Assembly (NCBI GenBank): GCA_020632655.1
Contig: JACKFD010000001.1
Location: 611,492 to 675,491 of the forward strand
From: Spirochaetaceae bacterium
GTDB lineage: Bacteria > Myxococcota_A > UBA9160 > UBA4427
Direction: 5' to 3'
DNA: 64,000 nucleotides
Every line of letters starts with the position of its first letter. The stretch's first letter is position 1. Shown piece after piece: positions 27,652-35,103 of the stretch. A program made the position numbers and the translations under genes. The notes under the pieces were generated by a model. That model was not told the origin of the DNA. It saw nothing but the letters and a program-made list of their open reading frames with translations, and did not search any database.

Positions 27652-27741
27652 CGCGAGGGCGCCCGGCGTCGGGCATCGACGACCGGTGTGGGCGGCGTGG
27701 CCGATGCGTGGCCGGCGGGAAGATGCGACGATGGGCCGCCG

Positions 27742-29031
27742 ATGCCGACCGCCGACCGTCCCCAGGAGCCCGCGCACCCCGTCCGAACGAGTGGCTTCCG
27801 GCGGGCGACCGAGCCGCTCTCCAATCCGCGATTCCGGAACGTCTTCTTCGGCAACATCGCCTTCTTCCTGGCCCTCGGCGGCCAGGGCGTCGTCCGTCCC
27901 TGGCTCGCGTTCCAGCTGACCGGCGACGAGTTCGACCTCGGCCTGATGGGGGCGGCCGTGGCACTCCCGATGCTCCTGCTCTCACCTTTCGGGGGCGTGC
28001 TGGCCGATCGCGTGGAGCGTCGCGGCCTGATGATGATGGCCCAGACGATCGCGCTGGCGAGCGAGGCCGGCGTGCTCGGTCTGATCCTCGCGGACCGCAT
28101 CGAGTTCTGGCATCTGGTCGTGTCGTCCGTGCTGGTGGGCTGCTGCTTCCCGCTCGTGATGCCGACGCGCAATGCCGTGATCGTACACATCGTCGGCAAG
28201 CGCGCGACGGGCCCCGCCATGAGCCTGAACATGGCGGGCTACAACGTGACCCGCGTCGTCGGCCCCGCGACGGCGGGCTTCCTGATCCCCGTCGTCGGCG
28301 TGGCGGGGGTCTACGCGATGGCCGTCGCGCTCTACGTCGTGGCCATCGCCCTCACCGCCGGAATCGGACGGCTGCCTCCGCCGCCCGGCGTGACCGACCG
28401 CTCGGCCCGGCACAACCTGCTCGAGGGCTTCCAGTACGTCGGCGCGAACCGCCTCGTGCTCGTGCTGCTCGCGCTCGGCCTCGTGCCGATGGTGCTGGCG
28501 ATGCCGGTCCAGCAGCTGCTGGTCGTCTTTGCAGAGAACGTCTGGAAGACCGGGGCGCCCGGGACGGGGCAGCTCTTCGCGGCGATGGGCGTGGGCGCCG
28601 TGATGGGCTCCTTCTGGATGGCGACCCGACCTCCGGACGCGGGGCGGCTCAAGATGATGATGATCAGCGTCGTGGCCTTCGGGGGCTTCGTCGTGCTCTT
28701 CGCGACGAGTCCCCGCTTCGGGCCGGCGCTCGCGCTGCTGGTGGCGGCAAATGTCTTCCAGAGTGCTTTCAGTACGCTCAACAACGTCGCGATCCAGCTC
28801 GTGATTCCGGACTCCCATCGAGGTCGCATCTCGAGCTTCCTGACGATGTCCGCGTCGCTCCCCTTGCTGGGAAGCCTGCCGGTCGCGGCGCTCGCGAAGG
28901 CGGTCGGGGCGCCGATCGCGGTGAGCGCGGCGTCGGCGCTCGCGGTCGTGCTGGCGCTCGTCTTCTACGCCGCGAGCGGGGAGCTGCGGCAGCTCGATCG
29001 GCGGATCCGGCGGGCGATGCGGGATCATTGA
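27742..29031 (+). CDS. MFS transporter
   Basis: 12 predicted TM segments with an MFS-like loop motif (GGVLADRVERR). The start is uncertain (the track ORF begins at 27688). Confidence 0.8.
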   Translation: MPTADRPQEPAHPVRTSGFRRATEPLSNPRFRNVFFGNIAFFLALGGQGVVRPWLAFQLTGDEFDLGLMGAAVALPMLLLSPFGGVLADRVERRGLMMMAQTIALASEAGVLGLILADRIEFWHLVVSSVLVGCCFPLVMPTRNAVIVHIVGKRATGPAMSLNMAGYNVTRVVGPATAGFLIPVVGVAGVYAMAVALYVVAIALTAGIGRLPPPPGVTDRSARHNLLEGFQYVGANRLVLVLLALGLVPMVLAMPVQQLLVVFAENVWKTGAPGTGQLFAAMGVGAVMGSFWMATRPPDAGRLKMMMISVVAFGGFVVLFATSPRFGPALALLVAANVFQSAFSTLNNVAIQLVIPDSHRGRISSFLTMSASLPLLGSLPVAALAKAVGAPIAVSAASALAVVLALVFYAASGELRQLDRRIRRAMRDH

Positions 29032-29098
29032 GGCCGGGCTTCTCGCGTGTGCCCGGCGGAGCGCCGGACGCAGCGGGCCCAGAGGGCGGGGAGGGGGC

Positions 29099-29719
29099 AT
29101 GGTCATCACGATCTCTCGCGAGTATCTGGCGGGGGCGGCGGCGGTGGCGGAGCGGATCGCGGCGGGCCTCGGCTGGACCGTGGTCGACGACGCCTTCATC
29201 GAGGCCGTCGCCGAGCGTTCCGGCTACACCCCCGAAGAGGTGCGCAGCCTCGAGGAGAGCGTGCCGACCTTCATGGAGCGCTTCGCGAAGTCGTCGGCGC
29301 TCTCCCTGCCCGAGTTCCTGGCCGCCGCGCCGAACGCGATCGAAGGGCCCGACTCCGAGCGGCTGGCGAGCGTGTCGCGGGAGCTCGTGAAGGAGGTCGG
29401 CCGCCGCGAGCGCATCGTCATGGTCGGGCGCGCCGCCGCCGCCGTGCTCGCCCGGGAGCACGACGCGATCCACGTGCGGCTGGTCGCCTCGCTCGCACAT
29501 CGCGTGCAGATCGCGATGAAGGTCCTCGACCTCGATCACGCCCATGCGAGACGTGCCGTCGTCGAGCGGGACACGAACCGCGCCCGCTACCACCGCGAGT
29601 ACTTCGACCGCGACTGGAGCGATCCGCTCAACTACCACATGGTGCTGAATACGGAGCTGCTCGGGACGGATCACGCGGCGGATCTCGTCGTGGCCCACGC
29701 CCGCTCCCTCGGCTGGTAG
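29099..29719 (+). CDS. Cytidylate-kinase-like family protein (P-loop degenerate)
   Basis: The N-terminus ITISREY... is characteristic of the cytidylate_kin2-type family, but the expected GSGG(R/K) reads LAGAA. Confidence 0.6.
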   Translation: MVITISREYLAGAAAVAERIAAGLGWTVVDDAFIEAVAERSGYTPEEVRSLEESVPTFMERFAKSSALSLPEFLAAAPNAIEGPDSERLASVSRELVKEVGRRERIVMVGRAAAAVLAREHDAIHVRLVASLAHRVQIAMKVLDLDHAHARRAVVERDTNRARYHREYFDRDWSDPLNYHMVLNTELLGTDHAADLVVAHARSLGW

Positions 29720-29777
29720 TCGGGCTTCGGTTCTCGCGCACGGATCGCGGCCGAATGCCGGGCGGGCGTGCCGCGGG

Positions 29778-31313
29778 TCAGTCCCGAAGCGAGAGGCCCT
29801 GCCGCAAGGGCTCCCGCCGCGGCAGCACGAGCGCGCCGAGATAGCCGACGACGAACATCGCCAGGTTGCCGAAGATCGCCGCGTAGTAGAGATCGAAGGG
29901 GGCGGGCACGGCGACCGGCAGGAAGCCCGTCGTCCAGAGCGTGTAGACCAGCGTCGCCGCGATGCCGCACCAGACCGCCCGCGCGTCGCCCCGGCGCGTG
30001 AGGAAGCCCATCAGGTAGATCCCGAGCAGTCCACCACCGAGGACGGCCGTCAGCCGGATCGAGATGTCCTGCAGGCTCGGCCCCTCCGCCGTGAGCATCC
30101 ACACCGCCCCGCCCAGCATCGCGAGGGAGGCGACGCCGCCCGCGAGCCAGGCGACGTGCAGGTAGTGCCGGTCGTCGGCGTCCTTCACCCAATGTCGCTT
30201 GTAGAGGTCGACGAGGAAGACCGTCGAGATCGCGTTGATGCTCGAGTCGAGGGACGACATGCCGGCGGCCAGCGCCGCGGCGATCACGAGACCGGCCACG
30301 CCGGGAGGGAGATGGCCGAGGACGAAGAAGGGGACGATGCCCTCGGGCTTCGCGGCGCCCTCGAGCATGGCCCGCGCCTCGGGCGCCGGGAAGACCTCGA
30401 AGAACGCGAAGAGCGCCGTGCCGAGGAACATGTAGAAGAGCCAGGTCGGCACGCCGACCAGCACGTTCGTCCACATCGCCCGCCGCGCCTCGGCGAGCGA
30501 CGGCGCCGCGCAGTAGCGCTGGACCGCGTGCTGCCCCGTCGCGTAGTCGGTCAGGAAGAAGTTGAAGCTCATCAAAAGCATCAACGGAATCGTCTTCTGC
30601 GAGAAATCGATGGCCCAGCTCGCGCGCACGAGTCGGCCGCCCTCGAGGTCGCCGAGGGCGAACTTGTCGTGGGCCGCCGCGATCTCGAAGACCTGCCCGA
30701 GCCCGCCCGGCAGGAGCGAGACGATCGTGGCGAGGCAGATCAGGCTGCCGCCGATCAGCACGAGGGTCTGGATCACGTCGGTCCAGATCACCGCGTCGAT
30801 CCCGCCGGCGATCGTGTAGAGCGCGACGAAGCAGCCGGCGACGAGGATGCAGAGCGTCTCGTCGAGGCCGGTGAGCTCGTGCAGCATGAGCGCGACGAGG
30901 TAGAGGATGAAGCTCACCCGCAAGAGCTGGGCCGCGATGTAGGTGATGGCGCCGTAGGCGCGGACCGAAGGGCCGAAGCGATGCTCGAGGTATTCGTAGG
31001 CGGTCATCGCCCGGTCGCGCCGGAAGAAGGGGATCACGAGCCAGGCCGCGACGGCGGCCGCGGCGGGCATGAAGAGGTAGGGCAGGAAGCGCAGCCAGTA
31101 GGTCTTGTAGGCGTCGGCGGGCAGGGCGATGAAGGTGATCGAGCTGATCGCCGTGCCGACCATCGAGAGTCCGATCGCCCAGCCGGGGATGCGCCGGCCG
31201 CCGACGAAATACTCCTCCGTGTCCCGGTTGCGGCGGGCGAAGTACGCGCCCATCGCCGCCATGCCCGCGAGGTAGACCGCGATCGCGAGCCAGTCGAGGG
31301 GATGCAGGCTCAT
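29778..31313 (-). CDS. Sodium:solute symporter (SSS family)
   Basis: EEYFVGGRRIPGWAIGLSMVGTAISSITFIALPADAY and ~13 TM segments. ATG at 31313 (MSLHPLDWLAIAVY). The track ORF extends upstream through non-membrane Arg-rich sequence. Confidence 0.85.
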   Translation of the reverse strand: MSLHPLDWLAIAVYLAGMAAMGAYFARRNRDTEEYFVGGRRIPGWAIGLSMVGTAISSITFIALPADAYKTYWLRFLPYLFMPAAAAVAAWLVIPFFRRDRAMTAYEYLEHRFGPSVRAYGAITYIAAQLLRVSFILYLVALMLHELTGLDETLCILVAGCFVALYTIAGGIDAVIWTDVIQTLVLIGGSLICLATIVSLLPGGLGQVFEIAAAHDKFALGDLEGGRLVRASWAIDFSQKTIPLMLLMSFNFFLTDYATGQHAVQRYCAAPSLAEARRAMWTNVLVGVPTWLFYMFLGTALFAFFEVFPAPEARAMLEGAAKPEGIVPFFVLGHLPPGVAGLVIAAALAAGMSSLDSSINAISTVFLVDLYKRHWVKDADDRHYLHVAWLAGGVASLAMLGGAVWMLTAEGPSLQDISIRLTAVLGGGLLGIYLMGFLTRRGDARAVWCGIAATLVYTLWTTGFLPVAVPAPFDLYYAAIFGNLAMFVVGYLGALVLPRREPLRQGLSLRD

Positions 31314-31356
31314 CGACGGTCCGCCGCGAGGCAGTCGAGGGGATGCAGGCTCATCG
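31291..31356. repeat. 25-bp perfect direct repeat (two copies, 41 bp apart)
   Basis: CAGTCGAGGGGATGCAGGCTCATCG at 31291-31315 and at 31332-31356. Confidence 0.9.
31310..31354 (-). promoter_or_regulatory. 14-codon upstream ORF (MSLHPLDCLAADRR) bridging sir2 and the symporter by two ATGA overlaps
   Basis: Its ATG overlaps the sir2 TGA (31351-31354). Its TGA overlaps the symporter ATG (31310-31313). Its first 7 codons duplicate the symporter's first 7 codons. Confidence 0.4.
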
Positions 31357-32142
31357 CGCTTCCGGCACGAGCCTCGGCAGGATCTCGCTGATCGAGCCCC
31401 GCAGCAGGGCGTCGGCGAGGGCATCCATCTCCGTCGCGTCCCCGTTCACGATCACGATCCGTGCGCCGCACTCCTTCGCGAGGGGCACCATGCCCGCGAT
31501 GGGGTAGACGGCCAGGGTCGTCCCGATCGCGAGCAGCAGGTCGCAGGCCTCGGCGGCGCGCTGGGCGCGGGCGAGGTCGCGGGCGACGAGCCCCTGGCCG
31601 AAGGAGATCGTCGCCGACTTGAGGATCCCGCCGCAGGTCCGGCAGGGCGGATCGTCCTCGCCGCCGCGCACCCGCGCGAGCGCGCGTTCCATCGGCGCGC
31701 GCTCGCCGCAGCCGAGACACTCGACCTCCTGCAGCGTGCCGTGGATCTCCACGACGCGCGCCGCGTCCTGTCCCGCGGCCTGGTGAAGTCCGTCGACGTT
31801 CTGCGTGACGAGGGTGTCGAGACGGCCGAGGCGCTCGAGGTCGACGAGGGCGCGATGGCCCGGGTTGGGCTGCCGGCGCTCGGCCTCGGTCGCAAGGCGC
31901 CATTGCCAGGCGCGGCGGCGGGTCTCGGGGTCCGTGACGTAGACCTGGAGCGTCGCCATCTTCTCGGCCTCGGGGTTGCGCGTCCAGAGGCCCTTCGGCC
32001 CGCGGAAGTCCGGGATGCCCGAGTCCGTCGAGATGCCGGCGCCGGTCAGCGCCACGACGTGCCGGGCCTCCGCGATCCAGCCGCGTACGGCGTCGATGCG
32101 TTCGGCGAGGTCCGCGTCGAGGGGGCCATCGCCCGAGATCAT
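31351..32142 (-). CDS. cobB: NAD-dependent protein deacylase, Sir2/CobB family
   Basis: GAGISTDSGIPDFRG, TQNVDGLH, catalytic HG, and a Zn ribbon CLGCG...CRTCGG. I prefer the start at M18 of the track ORF (MISGDGPL). Confidence 0.85.
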   Translation of the reverse strand: MISGDGPLDADLAERIDAVRGWIAEARHVVALTGAGISTDSGIPDFRGPKGLWTRNPEAEKMATLQVYVTDPETRRRAWQWRLATEAERRQPNPGHRALVDLERLGRLDTLVTQNVDGLHQAAGQDAARVVEIHGTLQEVECLGCGERAPMERALARVRGGEDDPPCRTCGGILKSATISFGQGLVARDLARAQRAAEACDLLLAIGTTLAVYPIAGMVPLAKECGARIVIVNGDATEMDALADALLRGSISEILPRLVPEAR

Positions 32143-32173
32143 CCTGCTCCTCCGGTCGGTCCTGGGTCGTGGC

Positions 32174-33226
32174 CTAGCAGCAGCTCGTGCCACTGCCGGT
32201 CCGCTGATCGTGCCAATGTCCGAGGTCGACGAAGAGGCCCTGCTCGGCGGCGGCCCGGAGCGCCCGCTCGGGCTCGATCACGAAGGGCCCCTCCCGCACG
32301 ACCTCGAGGGTCGCGCGCTCGCCCGGGGCGAGCACGATCTCGCGATCGCCGTCGAAGGCGAGCAGACCAGGACCGGTCCAGACGACGCTCGCCCCGAGCT
32401 CGATGCGCTCGACGGCGTCGATGCCGACGGTCTGGTAGAGCCCGGGGGAGATCGGTGCGCGGAGCGACTTGCCCGAGGTCTCCGGCCGGGGCTCGGGGCG
32501 CGTGCGGACCTCGACGCCGAAGTCGTCCTCCGCGCCGCAGGGCAGGAGCAGACCACCGACGGGCGACAATCCGACGCTGGCCGGCTCGGCCCGGGCCAGC
32601 AGGATGCGCGACAGCTTCTGCGGGTCGGCCTGCAGCAGACTGCCCGGGTGATCGTCGACGAGCAGGGCGGCGTCGATCAGGGCGATCGACTCGCGGCCGT
32701 CCTCGCAGCGCACCCGCACGCGCTTCGCCCGCCGCCCGGCGCGATCGCGCGCCAGCCGTCCGGACGCGACGAGACCGGCCGCAGCGCCGGCGATCGTGGC
32801 CTCGACGTGGAACGGAAAGACGTTGTTGGTGCCGGTCGAGAGGGGCAGCAGCGCGACATCCGGCCAGACCTGCGCGATCGCGCGGCTCGTGCCATCGCCC
32901 CCGAGCGCCACGATCGCGCCGCAGCCCGCCTCGTGCATGGCGAGGGCGGCCGTCTGGCTGTCTCGGCCGCGGCCGGTCAGCGGGCCCTCGAGGATCTCGA
33001 TCCCGACGTCGAGGGCGAGCCCATCCGTCGCCTGGGCCGTGATGCGGAACGCGTCGCGCGAGAGCAGGATGCGCCGGACGCCGGCGGCCGCGGCGCCGAC
33101 CACGATGCGCGTGACCTGGTTGCGCTTGTCCTCGATCGTCGAGGTGCCGGCGCGCGCGAAGAGACGACGGGTGTCGCGTCCGGAGTGCGGGTTCACGATG
33201 AGGCCGAGCGTGCCCTGCGCTTGCAT
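32174..33226 (-). CDS. ATP-NAD kinase-like (AcoX-type) family protein
   Basis: LGLIVNPHSGRD and ALGGDGTSRAI (GGDGT) motifs of the NAD kinase/DAG-kinase fold, ~350 aa. ATG at 33226 (MQAQGTLG). Confidence 0.7.
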   Translation of the reverse strand: MQAQGTLGLIVNPHSGRDTRRLFARAGTSTIEDKRNQVTRIVVGAAAAGVRRILLSRDAFRITAQATDGLALDVGIEILEGPLTGRGRDSQTAALAMHEAGCGAIVALGGDGTSRAIAQVWPDVALLPLSTGTNNVFPFHVEATIAGAAAGLVASGRLARDRAGRRAKRVRVRCEDGRESIALIDAALLVDDHPGSLLQADPQKLSRILLARAEPASVGLSPVGGLLLPCGAEDDFGVEVRTRPEPRPETSGKSLRAPISPGLYQTVGIDAVERIELGASVVWTGPGLLAFDGDREIVLAPGERATLEVVREGPFVIEPERALRAAAEQGLFVDLGHWHDQRTGSGTSCC

Positions 33227-33514
33227 GGCGCAACGATATGACGTGCCCGCGACGAAGGCGAGGGAAGACCGCGCGATCGCATCGGGGACGGGCCCGGGCG
33301 CACCTGCACGGAACGCCCCAGGCGGCGCGTCGACGTGGCGCTCGTTTGCGACTTCGCGCGTCGGCAACGCGCGATCCGCTCAAGCGCAGACCGCGCGCAG
33401 GCCGATGCAGCCAGGGCCGGCCTTGCGTGCGTTCTGCGCGCGCGTGCTCGTTGCGGGCGTGCCCTTCCGGGTGGACGGAGGCGGGCGCGACGGCTCTCCG
33501 GCGAGGAGGAAGCG

Positions 33515-35035
33515 GTGTCGAGATCCGGCGAGTCGGCGACCGACGGCGCCCCCGGACGCAGGCGTGGCGCCATGCGAAGGGCGGGGGGCCTGCTGCTCCT
33601 CGGGCTCGCGGTGGGCGGGGTCGTCGCGCTGGCGGTCCGCGACGTCGAGTCGCGCCGGATCGCTCACGCGGAGCGGGCCGCGCGTGCGCTCGCCGGCCGC
33701 GCGGAGGTCGCGCGGCGGCTCTTCGCGAGCGAGGATGCGCGGCTCGTCTCCGAGCTCGCCCGGGTGCGGGTGGAGCTGCGGGACCAGGCGCTCTGGCCGG
33801 GTCTCGAAGGGCTGCTCGACGAGTCCGGACGGCTCGACACGCGCGGGGTGGGCGGGCGGAGGCTGCACGCGCTCCTGTCCCAGGCCCTCGAGCAGGACGA
33901 TCGTCTGGTGGGCTTCGATCTCGTCGTCGCCGGACACGGCGGGCTCGTCTCGCTGCGCTTCCCGGACGAGGGCGGCGTGGATGGGCGGCCGGGCGCCGAC
34001 AGCGAGGGGACGGATCCGGCCCGCCTTCGCGAGGGACGTGCGAAGGCGCTCTGGTACGGGGACGAGGTCTCGCGCGCGGTCGCGTCGAACGGTCGGGCGG
34101 TCGAGCGCGGCGAGGTCGGCTTCGAAGGCGCGGGCGACGTCGAGCGCGCGATGCTCGGAATGGCGATCGGTCTGCATGCGCCGGGCGAGCTCGTGCAGGG
34201 CGCCTTGCGGGCGCGGATCGACGTGGGCCGCATCGCAGCTGGATTCGAAAGGCTCGCGGGCCCGGGCGATGCGCTCGCGGTCGTGCTGCTCGACGGGCGG
34301 CGGGTGGATGCGGCCGGCCGCCTGCCCGGCAGTGCGCCGGACCCCCGGCTGGCCGCGTGGGCGGCCCGCGTCGCTGGTCCGACGGCGGGGGAGTCGAGCT
34401 TCGAGGACGAGGGACGCCTCGTTCATGCCTCGCCGCTCACCACCGCGGACGGCGGCATCGCGCATCTGTTGCTGCTGCAGGAGACGCCCTCGGCCGCGAC
34501 CGGGGCCGCCGCCTGGCTGGCCTCGCCCTGGCCGATCGTGCTCGCCGTGCTCGTGGGCGTCGCGCTGGTGGCAAGTGCGCTGATGCTGCGGCCGGCGTCC
34601 GCGGCCGGGACGGTCGCCGGGTCGGCCGGTGTCGGGGCGGACGACGGGATCCGTGTCGCGCCGCGCGACTTCGTGCTGCGGGAGTGGCTGGCGGACGTGC
34701 GGGGCTGCCTCGAGCGCGAGGCCGCCACCCGGGGCCTGGTGCTCGACCTGCGCTGCGAGCGATCGCTCCCGTCGGAGCTCGTCCAGGATCCGGCCTGGCT
34801 CGGCGGGCTGATCGTGGCGATGGGGCGCGAGGCGCTCGACGCGACGACCCTCGACGGGGTCACGCTCGAGGTGGCGGAGGAGCAGGGCCGCGCGCTCTGC
34901 TTCGAGCTGCACGCCGGCGAGGCGAGGCTCTCGCCGGTCGCGGGCATGCAGGAGGTGGCCGAGCGGATCGGCGCCCGGCTCGAGTCGCGTCGCGGTGGTC
35001 GCATGGCGCTGGTGCTGCCGGGCGCGCTCGCCTGA
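33515..35035 (+). CDS. Membrane sensor with a degenerate histidine-kinase ATPase-like C-terminus (pseudo-HK)
   Basis: TM1 (LLLLGLAVGGVVALAV), a ~370-aa extracytoplasmic region, TM2 (WPIVLAVLVGVALVASALML), then an HATPase_c-like ~130 aa. There is no DHp/H-box, and the N-box and G1-box residues are missing. GTG at 33515 is preceded by AGGAGGA. Confidence 0.55.
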   Translation: MSRSGESATDGAPGRRRGAMRRAGGLLLLGLAVGGVVALAVRDVESRRIAHAERAARALAGRAEVARRLFASEDARLVSELARVRVELRDQALWPGLEGLLDESGRLDTRGVGGRRLHALLSQALEQDDRLVGFDLVVAGHGGLVSLRFPDEGGVDGRPGADSEGTDPARLREGRAKALWYGDEVSRAVASNGRAVERGEVGFEGAGDVERAMLGMAIGLHAPGELVQGALRARIDVGRIAAGFERLAGPGDALAVVLLDGRRVDAAGRLPGSAPDPRLAAWAARVAGPTAGESSFEDEGRLVHASPLTTADGGIAHLLLLQETPSAATGAAAWLASPWPIVLAVLVGVALVASALMLRPASAAGTVAGSAGVGADDGIRVAPRDFVLREWLADVRGCLEREAATRGLVLDLRCERSLPSELVQDPAWLGGLIVAMGREALDATTLDGVTLEVAEEQGRALCFELHAGEARLSPVAGMQEVAERIGARLESRRGGRMALVLPGALA

Positions 35036-35103
35036 AATCCGCGGTGCGCGCGGATCGACCCGGCGGGCCGATGGCCGCGCGACGCGTCGCCGAAGGACTC
35101 TCG

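Noticed and set aside
26382-29390. 1002-aa plus-strand ORF spanning serB and the MFS gene in an alternate frame
   Set aside because: Its Arg/Gly/Ala/Pro composition is typical of an out-of-frame reading. serB and the MFS frames carry real motifs.
31351-32142. Sir2-domain gene as an anti-phage (Thoeris/DSR-type) effector
   Set aside because: The sequence is a compact CobB-type sirtuin with a Zn ribbon and canonical deacylase motifs. It lacks the large N- or C-terminal sensor domains or partner genes of defence Sir2 systems.
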